Assembly (NCBI GenBank): GCA_040954595.2 | Contig: CM082579.2 | Span: 2,596,345 to 2,660,344 of the forward strand | Direction of reading: 5' to 3' | Source: Balanoglossus misakiensis | Taxonomy: Eukaryota > Animalia > Hemichordata | DNA length: 64,000 nucleotides | Part shown: piece after piece, positions 21,701 to 35,826 of the stretch | How positions within the stretch are numbered: the first letter of the stretch is position 1 | Layout of the letters: the number at the start of each line of letters is the position of its first letter | The notes under the pieces: generated by a model | The model's input: the letters and a program-made list of their open reading frames with translations, nothing else | Told to the model about the DNA's origin: nothing | Database searches by the model: none | Position numbers and translations under genes: made by a program

Positions 21701-24700
21701 GATAGGGCAATGAAATATCTGTATGTGATTGTTTTCAATTTCATCTGTTCAGTGTCCAATTCAGGCCAAGCGCAATAAGTGTTTCCTCTGTGACCGCTAA
21801 TATGTAGAAATATTGAAGTTGTTTACCATCCCACTACTATTATTGTCTAGAGGCACAAGTTCATGGTAGCGAAGGACTATATATCTTCATTTTCTTTTGT
21901 TGGGATAATTAATAACCACTATGGTTAACAACAGCACAGATGTATCACAGTTTGGATGAGTTTTACCCTGAAGCAGTAAATCATTCTCCATTCTCCTCCC
22001 AATCTCTCTCAAGTTGTCAATCAACTTAATTTGAAAATTATTGGGTGATACCAAATGACACATTGGTGAAGGAGTGAAAATTTTCTGCCCTTGTTAATCT
22101 GTTTAAAAGTTCCCCTTGGATAATTGGCAATCACACAATGTTAGACCACTGCTGATAAAATAGTTATTATTTGGCAGCAAGGTGTGTCGCTAACAATTGT
22201 CCGAAAGCTAGACAATGCTATTGTTGGCTGGTGTCCATTGTTTGGAGGACTTGTCAAACAGTGACTTGGATATAAGAGGGTCACGCATACTTGTTTAGAA
22301 GGCCAGTCACTATGGGTTTGTGACGTATTCCCCTGGCGGGGATGATTTAATTGAAATAATCAAGCCGGGCTGAAGTGTGTGTGTGTTACTCCCAGTGCGT
22401 CTACCGGTGCCTTAACTGCTGAGAGTCACAGAGCGGATCCTGTACAGGTCCAAGGTTTGATAAGCTGTCTTCAAATCTTGCCCAGGAATTTTGGTATTGT
22501 ATAGGTAGGTGTTCATACATTTGGGAGAGGTCTTTTCTGGCTTCATGTACGGGCAATTATTCATGCCCATCAAAGCAGAAATTGTTTACGTTGAGAGTTA
22601 GAGAGCGATAAATTGGTTTGTAAGTAGAAATTCAATCTCAGGTGTGAATTGTCAATTCTGTTTGCCAGGGGTCAAGAACTCAACCCCAGCTCTTGATGTC
22701 AACCACACAATAACCAGTATGAATTGAAAAAAATTCCCTAGAACACTTAGGCATGTGGTCTAATAAGGAAATGGAAAATATCACGATTCTGTGTTGATTA
22801 GGTTGACAAAGTAATTAAGTTAGCAAGGCTCTGATTAAGGCTTAGGTACATGCACATCCTGTTATCTGTCTCAGACATCTACCTGGAACTTAGATCCTGC
22901 ATCTGTGTTTCGGGCTGTTAATAAACTAATATACCCACTGTAGGTGTGTGGCTTTTAATAGTCACCTGTTTGTGCATTCCCAAGTCATCAGGTTAAATCA
23001 TACCCTTCAAGGAATATCTGCTGTATGTTTGTACTTTGGAATGTTATCTTATCTGCATCTGGCAGCAAGGGGGTGATAATTGCCATGTGAACACCTAATA
23101 TGTCTCTGCCACATGTCTGGCTTACTAAGTTGTTTGAAATGTGGTGTTATTGGTATTTTGTCAGGTAAGAGCTTATTTCTTACCATCTCCAGGATATTAT
23201 ACATTGCTCATCTCCAGTCACTCCTTAGCTGCTATGTAAGTTTTGGTACAGTCTGTAAGAGATTAGGAATATTTCATTGTAATGTTATATTCCAGGTGAT
23301 TTAGTGTTTAACTGATAATGTCCTATTGTCGTATCCAATGACAACAATGTCACCAGTGTCATTCACACAATGATGGTTATCTCATCGGTCATGATCTCTC
23401 TCTCTGACATTGAAGGTAATTGAGTCTGTGAACTTGTGTTCAGTGCCAATGTTTGTCACATCCCTCTGTCTGTTTTAAGATGCCAGTATGTGTGTAGAGC
23501 TGGGCAACAGATAACATGTTTCATTGTCAGGCTTAGGTATTCATACCTCAACAGTGATTTGACATCAGGGTTACAGGTAAAGGGCCACAGGTATCTATTG
23601 ATTGTGTTGTACTGGCATGCACAGTTATGTTTGTATAAGGCTTGGGTATGATCTCTGTGTAGACATTTTAACCTCTGGTACCAGCCACACATGGGTCTTT
23701 TTTTCTTGTCAAAAGAAGAGGAACGAATTCTCTCTTCAGGTAAGAGGTGGTTTAAAAGTGGCTTGTTTTTGTAAGTGGTTTTCTTGTCAAACTCAATAGA
23801 ATGTTTTTTGGAGTGAAGCTGAGCATGTTGGATTTAGATTTTTACAGTGTGTCTTTAACGCGTGTTGTAAGATTGCAAAGGACCATAAATGATTCAGTGA
23901 ATGGTTTAAATGTCTCGTCACTGTAGATTTTCCATGCTTTAAGAACACTTTAATTCAAGTGTCTGCCATAAAACAGATTGAAAAGTATAGTTCTTCCACT
24001 TCAAATTTTACTTCAGACTTGGTACTCACAATAACCTGGTAAGATATAACTGTTGCGTTTCAACATTATGGCATGACCTCCTAATTGGGAAGGTCATAGA
24101 GTGGCTTGATAACGAGCAGGTTGCCAGGAACCAAGGACTTACTCTTCAAACTTTGACGTCAGACATTACATTACATATCTATCCAGTGATTCTTACATTG
24201 GTCTTTACAAGATTGTCAAGTTCTGAAAGCAACCCAAAATGTGTTTGTTTCCGTGAACGGTTGTCATGGTAACTAATCAACAGGTGTCACCAATCCCAAG
24301 AATTATACTCCCCCTCTCTCTTTGCACTGCTATTTTATACATGGCAATCTCAACACAGTGGTAGTAGCTACCACACCCAATGTTTGAAATGTGAAATCTT
24401 TCATATTCAGAAAATGATTATACTGGATTATTTGATTATTTAACCATGATAAAGCTTCTTCCCTGGCATGCATGACATGTGTCGGATATTAAATGTTGTG
24501 TGCACATGTAAGATTTATTGATGTGATATATTTGCAAGGTAGTTAGAAAAAATGTCCTTATAAATGTTTGGCTCTGAAAATATAGATGATAGAGTTGCAA
24601 ATCTTAATGTTAGAGAAGTTGACATAAGATCTATTGTAACTGTCCCAAGGTTGATAGAGGGCGCTGTTTTAGTATCTTACGCTGCTCATCAGAAAATATT

Positions 24701-25931
24701 CAGTTACCATCATTGAAATGATTCTGCATGTAATTTCAGCTTGCAGTTTTACACATAGACAATGATTGCTGTTGTTCTGATCAAGAAAGTACAACTGGCA
24801 CTAGAGTTGTAAAATGTGTATGTCAGTTGGTGTAGTGTGTCCATAAATTTTGTTGCAATAAAAATTCAACAAAATTCAGTTTGATGATTTCACAGAGCAA
24901 TCCTTCAGCGACATAACCACAACTGTGTGCAGGTGTTGAAAATTTACTATGCATTGAATAAGCCTAACCATTTACTGTGTTGACATACTCCTGACCTTTT
25001 GATCAAATATTTCTGTAGTTGGATTAGATAACCAGAACTTGTTTTTGCAGTGATCCTGCTGTTTATCAAAGTATTTTGCCGTCATTCCTAAGAAATCTGA
25101 CATTGTTAACCCAGTTGATGAAAGCATGCAACAAATGATTCTTATGCAAGTATTCTAAATGCGCTGCAGCATGTTTTTCTGATTTTTTATCAGTCAGAAA
25201 AAAACCCACTTTAACCAAATAAATCGACCAGATTTAAAATCAGTCATTAATCTTGCTTTTAATGAAAAATTCATTATGCACACACACTGGGTTTCTGCTG
25301 AACATGGTTATGTCAATAGGTGAAACCTGGTGATTTATACAGCATCCTAGCTCTGGAAATTCACAAACACCCAGGATCTGTCATCTCCACGCAATAAAGG
25401 GTAGACGTTATACACATTATTGTAGCTTCAAGAACTGGCTCTTTGCATCACAAAAGGCGGTCGACTGCATCTCAGACACATTGTCGCTGTGCGGAGACAC
25501 ATGTTCTACGAAGATCTCCGGGAGTCCATCAGCGTCACTTTGAGATGCCGGTCATTAGAATTCAAGGCATTGTGTTCAGTTTTAAGAGGATGTGCACTGA
25601 AGAAAAAAGCTCCATTGTGAGGCTTGAGCAGTTTTTAGATCCTTGCTTTTATAGAGCAACAAACAGAGAACAAATAATAGCACAATACGTGATTCTGTGA
25701 TCTCTCTGTCTGAAGTTGTATAATCATATTTGCAATGTACACTATGCTTGATGAACATGCACATGGTGGAGGCATATCTATTGTGGTTGCTGCTTGTGGT
25801 GCAAACTACTGCTAGCGAATCACACTGAGAATCAAAACTTTTAAAAAGCAGATAATTCTTCTTCTTGCAACTAGTCAAATCTAGTGTAGAATCTAGCATA
25901 TTCAAGTGTTGAGTCCTTTTCGATGTCTGGC

Positions 25932-25972
25932 AATATTGGAATTCTGCCCAGAAATATTGGAATTCTGCCCAG
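25932..25972. repeat. Short tandem duplication, period 21
   Basis: AATATTGGAATTCTGCCCAG at 25932-25951 and 25953-25972. Confidence 0.85.
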
Positions 25973-28900
25973 TCCTTGACTTGACCGCACTGTGTACCTG
26001 TATTCTAACTTGCAGAAGTACAGGCAGCCTGTTTTCTTCTTGTGTGCTTACCAATGACAGTTTCATTCATTGTAAAGTTTCATCCATTGTACCAATACAC
26101 ATACTGCGGTAAAAGACTTCTACCTGCAATAATGGGACCGTTGTATTCTATACTGGGACTGGTAATCCTTTTATTTCTTTATGTCAGACATCACGATTGT
26201 TGATGTACAATATAAAAAAAAAGGAGCTGACTGACGTTGTTTTGACTTCACTGCTTCATGTACAGTAATGCTGTAGGTCCGTTTCATGAATCATGTCTTT
26301 ATCTTAATCTTACAAAAACACTTTGGACTGGAGTGTGTTTCAGACGTTTTCACATTTGTGGTTGACAGATCCAGGTGAGAATTGATTTCTGTTGTTGGCA
26401 ACAGGTATGTATGCCCTGTGAAAAGTGAATTCCTGTCTTTCAGATGTGATCCAGACGTTCTCTGATTTGTGAGAGCGGTCAAGTAGAGCAGTCATTACCA
26501 ATTTGCATCTTTTCTTGAATTTCTGAAATTTATCCTCTTGGCATTTTGAAGTACATGCATGAGGAATTTTGTTTATGGATAGTTCAGAAGTACTAATAAA
26601 TAGAAATTCTTTACTGTAAACAACCCTACTGTGACATTAGCTTAGCCACTACTGTATGCAGTTTGCTCTGAACTGACCGTATTTTGATATTATAAGTATC
26701 ATGAACCATAATCATAATATTGTGGTCAGCATGTAATTTCAGGCATCTTCTAATTACATTGTTCCAGTCTCATTACTAGGATATTGATCGAACAAGACAG
26801 GAAAAGTGAAAATCGACACTGCACATACAGCTTTTTTCCGTGGCAGAGTCTATAGATCATGCAAAGAAATTTGTGTATATGGACTGTTGTTAGTATGTGT
26901 TGTGCGTTCAGGTTTTAAAGGGACAACCATGAAATAGACCAGTATACTGGGTATATAACTTGATATCTTTTGTAAGGAAAAGGGAGGTTTTTTCATCAAC
27001 TGTTTATAATGAGGTGAACCACCACGTGTTCTGTTGATTTTGTTGGTCACAAGTCACAGCCAGAGGGTGATAACCTCTACCGGCACAGTTGTCTTTTCCT
27101 GGCTTGAAAATTCCTACCCTAGACCTCACAGCTTCATTGGGCAAGGATACAGTCATGGTATCCACTGGACACTCCCACTGAAGTCATACCGCTGCAGTGT
27201 CAGGTTGCAGGCGTATGGTTGAGGGGTCCTTTTCGCAAAAGATTGATTGATGGCTTATTGGATGCAAGTTGTATATATCAGTGCATCTCTGGACTAGTGG
27301 CATCCAGATCTCTTGGTTTGTGGCTGCAGTGTCACGAGGGGAGAGACACATGCAATCTGTGTGCAAGACTGTATTCTAGCAACAGTTGCATTTGGTTGTC
27401 GTGAGTATCTGGAGACTGCACCGATGAGTTGCCAGACTAGTGGACGCTTCTACCAGGGCTGTCGGGACAGTCTGTCAACAAATCGGCAACCGTTCAAAAT
27501 GGGCAGTACCGGCATGGGTTTTGACTATGTCTTAGAATCCATGGCTGCTCAGCACCAGGACTCACTCCAAGCCAGTGCCGCTAATCAGGTTAGACAACAC
27601 CATCCTGTTCTACACTGCATTTCCAACCATCGCCAAAGATTGGATAAAATGTTAAAGTTTGATGCAAGGTGCTCAGGGCCAGTGCAATGTGTCCTGTCCA
27701 TGCTGCATGTACATGTGTATATATATATGTAGGAAAAAGAAAATCAAAGTACCCTCAAGTGGTTTTGGCAGTTGACAAAAATTGCTTTTTATGATTCTTG
27801 TGGATTTGTCACCAGCTAATATATGTCTTAGTTATGATCATAAAATTGTGTTGAAAGAAAGATAATTTCACCACTTAATATAAAGGCCAAATCTTTAGTT
27901 TTCCAATATTTACAACATTTTAATTTTGTTGGTTTTGTAAATAGCATTACTAATCAGCCAAGGAATGTGCAGGTCAGTTACTTTGACATAATATATGTTT
28001 GGTTGTGGTAGTTTGATCTGAGCTGAATGCTGTGTCCACTCAGAGTACGTTCCCTGCGGCAAGGCCAGGTTTGGATTTCAAAAAAGTATTAAAGTTAGAG
28101 ATGAAAGCATTAATTAATCTAAGGATAACTCTTTAATGTACATCGCTGGTGTGCTGGCAGTGATGATGGTGGTCAGTGATGTACTGGGTACTATTCATAT
28201 TTAACAATTATTGCAATTCTCAAAATGCATATTAGCTAGGTCACGGAATGTGATGACCACGCTGTATCCACATTGACAACAACCACAGACATGGATAATG
28301 TTGAAGCATGTGTACAGAAAAAAATGCAATACATGTATACAGTTCCGTTGATGACTGCTAAAGTACATGTAGTTGGGAAACTCTTGCAAAAAGTTTGAGA
28401 CAGAGAACTGAGATGATGAAGGGATCAAGAAGTTTGTACTATTCCCTAAAATGGAGATGGCACAGTAAACGTTCAGGATGTTCTGTCCTCTAATTCACCT
28501 TTGCAAGATTTATATGCCTAGTATTAGATACCCCAGCCAAGAGATACACTTTTCAAGGTGAAAGCACATGTGGTGTTGTAAATCAGTGAAAATGTTGTCC
28601 TTGACCAAAGTCTGATAGAACTTTTTGTCATACTGCCAAGGTGACGGGAACAGCTGAATGATAAATCACTGAAAAAGAACAGGCAACTTTAGTGCAGCCT
28701 AGTAAAACTATGTCCAAAAGTGATGCATATTATCAATTGATTAAATATTTTACACATTGTTGCGCTCTCAGAAGAATGTTACATTCCCAGCTGACATTTG
28801 AATACCCATAATGCAATTTGTGTCACTTTCACTTGATACTAATTTAAAGACCGAGTAAGTTGCATTAAATCAACAAAATTGTCAACAAAATCATTGTAGT

Positions 28901-31900
28901 CTTGTGTTTTTTACTTCGAATCATACATCAGTATGGCACTGTGGTCCACATCTGTCATTTTCAGGTTCTGGTTTGACCTAAACACAGGGAATAATGGGTG
29001 AAAAGGTTAAAAGAAGTGTATTTAAGTAACAATAACATACAACAGTAACATTTACAGATTGAACCTATGGTACATATCTGTAAAGCAAGTGTTGGATCAA
29101 AAGGTTATAACTCTGCCATATCATACATATCACATTTGATATGTAATAGTAGAAGTTTGACTATTCTATGATCGATCATACAGATGGGAGCAGTTTCCCG
29201 TTGAGTGAGTTACCCCTGCAGGACTTGGAAGTTGGACTGTGTATATGTAACTGATGTAATTGCTAAGCCTGTTAAGCCCAGAGATTTGTGGTTTTCAGTT
29301 TGTATTCTGTGTGATGTGGCAGAGAGTAGTCTGCTTTTCATCCATTCTTCAATTGCCCACAATCTATATCATACTGGTACAGGGACATCCAAAAGTTGGG
29401 TCTGTTTCAGTTGCTTTCCTAATGTCTTAAACTTTGGAATGTCTGATGAGATCCTACAGTGGGTGAATATGAGAGGGCTTCATAAAAATGATTTACGTGT
29501 GACCTGACAATTTGCAGTCTGACCCTTTTAAATGGGTTTATGAACTCATAGTTTTGTGAAAACAGATGGTAGAATCTGGCCACTTTGGGTTGAGGCACGG
29601 TTCAATTTAAACTAATTATTAGAAACCATGAAAGGTGATAGTTCAGTGAGTCACTATCCCTTGCAGCTCAGCAAGGAGAGAATAGGACAAAAAAATCAAC
29701 GCCAACAACTTTAAGAAGTAAATTGATATTTTAAGTTCCGGAAATTGGGGATGAGTCAATGATCTGATATAGATAATTGAAGGGAAATATTGTTGTCACC
29801 AAGCTATATTATGTTATTGATACAATACCGTGGTAATTTCATCTGAGAGTCGATTTATGTTTCGTGTAAATGTCACATTTATTTCATTCTGAGGTTTGAT
29901 GAGATATTCTGCCCTAAGGTTCCAGGGTATTTCTGGTCATTGATGATCGTGGAAATTTTGCTCATCAGTAGTACTTGAGCGTTCTTTTAATAGTGAGACA
30001 TTTTTATAAAACGTAATTGATTTCTACGCCTTCCAAATTGATCCTCACCTTCATTGTGTCTTGCGAGATGGGAAAGTTTTTTACAGTGTCAGAGTTCCCA
30101 CTTGCACATTAATTTTACAGCTTTCTCCCTGATGTACCAACATAACATTTCAGATGAAGCAAGCATGGTCTTGCAAAGAATTATTTTTCCATAGTCATTT
30201 GAAGTGTCAGAGTCATTTCTATCTTAGTTGCATTAGACCAATAGTTCCTCCAAACGTATTCACCAGTCATGCTGGACTACCCAGTTTCTGGGTTGCCTGA
30301 CCTTGCTTGAGCATTGAAACATGTAGATTGGCAGAATACCAGACATTGCTTGCTTCCATACTTGTAAGTTGTAGGCATATCCCGTAGTCACATCAGAATA
30401 TTGCACACTTCATAGCGTATAGGCACAAGTCTTCAAGTGCAGCCTTTGGGCGCAATAAGCACTACAACTTACAAGCATTCCCCTGTGGGTAAGATTAGTT
30501 TATACATGTAGACTTTCAAGGGTGAACTTCACATGGCTAGCCTTTACACATCACGTTGAAATATTTTTAGAATGGAATTTTGTTGATGCCACAGATGTTT
30601 ATATGGATTTCATCATACACAAAGTTTGACATGATAATGTGACAGCACTTTAATACTGCATAATATGCAGATCATTGGTTGTACTAGTATTTCAGGAATC
30701 TGTGATACATATCTTCTATCTTACTACCACGAGAGCTTTTTGATATTTCCAACACTATGATACATTGGACTTTTATGCTCCCTTACGTTTCACAAACTGG
30801 CCTTTGCAAGCATTTGTTTCTTCATTTTAAAGGATTGTTAGTCTTAATTATTAACAAACCTTGGATGTATCTAGGACTTTAATTAATTTGATTAGCTAAG
30901 GATTGGCGAACATTGGCGTTGTAATGAACGGTGTCAGTAGGTCATTTATCTGGTCAGCCCAGCAGATAGTGTAGTCACCTAGACTGCCCAGTTGTCTTTT
31001 CTAAATTATAGTCTTAGTTTATCTGTAGTAGTCTATAGACACATGCAATCATTATCTGGGAAGCCTGGGTCCAACTTTGGAGTGGCCTAAATATCCAAAA
31101 TGGGCCTCTGATTAGTTTTATAGATTATCAATGATTCAGTAACACTGCTGTCTGTCCCATCTATTTAAACTCAGGAAACCAACACTCCACCTCCTGCTGC
31201 CTCTAATTACTCATAAAACCCTATTATGCCAGACATATAGCATGACCAATGTACATTCCACTGTTACCATTTAAATCTCTGGTAGATAATTAGCTGTAAT
31301 TAACACCATTAAGCTAATCACAAGTAATTAATTAAGAAAACAATATAAGACAGGACATACCACTGAGTCTGGTAGTGAAATTAGAACAATTGTCAAGATT
31401 TGACCTTTGTATCTTTAGTAAGGTTTTACTCCCAAACTTCGTTTACTCCATCATTGCTGGCTGCAAACATTCCTGGAATATTTAGTTTATCATTTTGAAG
31501 TTGCATTCTCACACTTGACCTTCTGGATATTAGGAAAGTGAACATGTCTTCCTACACAAGGGTAGAATGTCCTGACATCTAATATGTATATGCTTTGAAT
31601 TAGTAGCCTGGTGAATGTTTGCATAGATATTGAGGAGAAGAGGGAGAGGGAGAGTGACATGTGATTGGATAATGGAGGAGCTCTGTCCAGCTAGTCAGTA
31701 AAAGCAATAATTCACTGCAAACACTGTGACGTACTCTACTCATAGTAACTGCAGGTGAAGATGTTCTGGCTTTGAATAATCTGACCTTTCTATACAAGTA
31801 ATTTCAGTAAAAACAGCTATGGCATTGTCAGTCGAGGTGTGATTTCTATGCAAGTCATGTGCTGCATCTGAATGCAAAATTGTGCTCTGCATGTATTATT

Positions 31901-32405
31901 ACGGCAGCTCAGGTCGCAAAGACTGAGCACTGTGGGTGAGCTTTAGTAGTAAGATTCATCCTGTCAAATCAGTTGTCAGCAAAATTTTGCAAGGTCAGTA
32001 AAATTTGGCGTTTTGTTGTTTGGCGCTGGCGTCTTGAGAGTTTAATGTTCCTGTCAAATGTCTTGACACACAGTTCTTCTTGGTTTTCTCAGCAGTGGAG
32101 TGGAAATAATGTATTTTATAGGTGTGAGTAATCAATGAGTCATCAGATCAAGTGTCTTATGCAGCAAATGATGTTTCAACTGGAAAGGTTGTGAAAATAT
32201 AGGGTGTTACAGTAGTTGTGCAAGAGATTTTTTAATAATCTCAAAAAAAACAGTGTTCATTTTGATTTGAATATGAAGCAGTTAGAGTATTTCAGTTGTG
32301 AATATAGAAAGGTCATAAATAATCATTTTGTAATGAATAGAAAAGAAGAAAAAATGAAACCAATCATGATAACATATTCATAATTTTTCTCCTGTTTATT
32401 TTCAG

Positions 32406-35400
32406 GCTACTTCTCAAGCAGAAAGTCAACTTCCCCCTCGCAAATCTAGGAGATCTCTCCTGCCTGCACCAAAGACTATAGTAAGTCCCAGTCTACGGAC
32501 ATTATCACCTCCAGCAGAATCTGCACAACCAACCAGCAGCAGTGATTGTGCCCTCGAGACACTCCAAGTGGGTGACAGAGTCTCCATTTCTGGGTACAAG
32601 ACTGGCACTTTGAAATTTAAAGGTCCCACTACATTTGCCCAGGGGGAGTGGTATGGAGTGGCCCTAGATGAACCCGCTGGCAAACACAACGGCTGTGTCG
32701 GTGGTGTGCAGTACTTCCAGTGTCAGGGAAAACATGGAATATTCGTACCTTTACACAAGATACAACCTCTGAGTTCTCGGCCAGCTACACAGGGGAACCA
32801 ATCACCCACACCCACTGATGTAAATCCTTCCAGCTCAAATACCTCAGCAGATCCAGCTACTTCCTTTCCCAAACAACAGAAGTGCGGAAAACCTCAGAGC
32901 AGAATACCACCACCGAGAGGATCTAGTGGGAGAAAAGCAACTGGTAATATTGCCAAACCAATCCGACCGAAGACTCTGCCTTCCTTGGGCACAGCTGAAA
33001 ACAACTCAGTAGCAGCAACTCAAGCACAGTCACCCAGCCCTGAATTGGTCAACCTCTCTGCCGCGGCCGGCAGCAAGCTTTTCCAGCCAAGGAAGGTCAG
33101 CCCTGTCAGAGATCAAACTATTTCCCCTGGTTGGTCGGTAACCAACATTCCACCAATATCAACAGCTACAGTGACAAAGAAGACAACAACATTACCCAAA
33201 ATACAAGACAAAAAATCATTGCTGCCAAAAGTCAACATAGACCTTAATTCTACATTTACCTCAGAGGACAGCAAAGTTAAAACCAAGTTCACTCTGCCAC
33301 CCACTAAACCCAGTTGTGCTCAGCATCTGCCGCTAGCACATATCAGCCCTTCTGATGAATCTTTAGGAGTGGATGATTATGAACTACATGGTACAACTCA
33401 AGAAGTTGATGCTGATGTAAATGGGATTTTTCAACAGTATATTATCACAGATATCGTCAACAATGCTGATAAAAATTTAAACGAGACTTTTGAAATCACC
33501 GTGGAAAAGAAACTCGAAGACGCACACGCTACGCAGGCTCTCAGCGAAACTTTCCTGTTGGGTTCAGAAGAGAATTTAGTCGAGTTGAATAAAACCTTTG
33601 ATGCACAGAATAGAACTTTCAATCTGGATGAAGTGTTGACAGCAGAGAAAACAGACATCCCACTTGAAACCACGCCTGTACAGTCAGTGCTGGAAACAAA
33701 ATTCAATCAGGAAGAAAAGAACACACCAGATTTGCAGCAGTTCAATCCTGACCTAATCTCTTTCGCAGAAGTTCAAGCTGAAAGCACCCCAGATCAACAT
33801 CTTGATCGAGCATCTCCTCAGGAACTTGCCAACTGTGACATATCTGCCATACAAGACCCTAAAATCGCTAACATATCCGAAAAGCCAATCAGTGGCCTGT
33901 CAGCAGAATCAAGTCCCTTGTGTGCTAGCCTATTGACAGCAGACAACCTGCAGGAGACCTTCAGTGAAGAAAGCCTTGTGCCCAAGAGTCTAGCTGTTAA
34001 CAAGCAAGACACAGGTATACAGGACTCAGAAGTTGCTAACGTATCACAGAAACCAGTGGTCAGTCTACCAACTGGACTGAATCCTCTCAACACCAGTCGA
34101 CTTACAGCAGAAGAGCTACAAGAAGCCTTCGATGTAGACACCCTTCTGCCAAAGAATTTAGCAGTTGCTGATCAAGCCACAGAGGCAGTCAAGAGATCTT
34201 CTACTGCTGAAGTCACTCAGGAAGACTTTCAGTCTGAGGAGATCATCACTAGTTCAGAATTTGCAGCTAGTGGGGAGAACCCTCTTGACCAAATCGAAGC
34301 CATACCAAATATTGATACAGAAAGTTTTCCATTAATAGACTTCAAAGAAGACAAATTACCTCCGTTTTCAGCTACTATAAATCCGTCATTCATAGACACT
34401 TCTACTCCATCTAGAAAACCACCTTGCGATTCTGTTATTGCTGCAGAGATGTACGCAGTCAACTCTGGAGAACCCGAAGGCAAGGAGAAGGGAGAAGTGG
34501 ACTCACCATATCCAGAAAATGATGAGATTGCGAATGAGAAGCATTCAGAGATGGAGGAGGAATCTGGAAAAAGAGGGTCGTTATTGGAAATGGCAGGAGA
34601 CAGCATGGAGATCCCAGTTGACATCATTGAGAGTCATGTAGCACAGGATGAGCAAGTTGAAGAAGCATCTGAAGGACAAGATACGGGTGACAACCATGTG
34701 AGGAGAACTCTGAGCAAAGGAGACATACAGAGTGACTTGGTGAGTGGAACAGAAGTCTGTGATCATGGCCCAAGTGATGAAAATGATGAAATCGTTGTAT
34801 CAGCACAGGCTGAGAGATATGAGGACGTTGAGAGTACTGAAGAAGACAAACCAGCGCAGGTTGCTGTGAGCAGCAATGACCCGTCCACTGAGGATGCTGC
34901 AGAACAGATTGAAAGGCCGTCTCCCAGAGAAACTAAGCTGCAACACACTGATAGCCTGGAGGTCAGTGTGACAGAATCCGTGGAATTAAACGGGGATGTT
35001 GACAACTTTCCCACCGCATCTGCGGAGACGGTTTCCGACATGAATGGCGATGTTGGTTCCACGGTTGAAGATGATGAAAACAAGAGACAGAAATCCCTGT
35101 CTCGTTCTGTTTCTGATGATGGTTTGGACACCAGAGATAAAGGGAACGATAAGGGTAGCCATGAAAGTCTAAGCGACACACATGACGCGAAAACAAGTCT
35201 GAAACCTCAGGAAAACGGTGATGCTCCACCAGATAAACCAAAGGAATCTCCAACAAAACATGAATCCCCAAAAAAGAAGTCTGATGTAAAAGCATCAAAG
35301 ATGGTTCCTCCGTTGAAGCTAGGAACTGGTGACAGAAAGACCAACGGTACTGACAAGAATATTGTCTCTCCCCAAAGGAGCTTGTCTAGCTCTTCCTCCA

Positions 35401-35826
35401 TATCAAGAAGCAGAGAGAGGCTTACGTCTCCAACTGGGAGAAGAGGATCCCTTGATTCAAGTCGTGGCACATCACCAGCAAGGAGTAGCACCGAAAATCT
35501 GCCAAAAAAGACCTACACACCGTCCAGCTGGCGAAGCGACAAGATGTCACCACCTTCAGAGTCCAAGGACAAAGGTGGTATTCTCTCCCCTCGAAGGAGA
35601 CCAGAGTTGCAGATTCTGCCGCCAAAGTTGAATTTCGCTACAGTGAAAAGTCGGATAGACACCGGAAGGAAGCCAGGTGCGAAAAAGGATGATAAGGATG
35701 GTGATGATAACTTCCTCAAGCCAGACAGTCGAACACATCCTGCAGTCAAGACCGTTGATGGTACAGAGAAATCAAATTTACCAACCAAGACTTCTAAATC
35801 TGAAATTCCAAATGCCACATCGAGAG
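32406..35826 (+). CDS. Giant exon (3421 nt): SxLP/SxIP motifs, CAP-Gly domain (about 32568-32766), acidic region, Ser/Arg/Pro-rich basic region
   Basis: Acceptor TTTATTTTCAG| with frame open from 32406 (phase 0). VGDRV...[30 protein letters not shown]...YFQC...GIFV is a CAP-Gly signature. Donor GAG|GTAAGA. Confidence 0.9.

Noticed and set aside
27184-27732. Cluster of overlapping ORFs in the MTUS leader intron
   Set aside because: No domain similarity or coding-like composition; likely chance ORFs in a slightly GC-richer patch.
33113-35818. Many minus-strand Ser-rich ORFs
   Set aside because: Antisense shadows of the giant coding exon.
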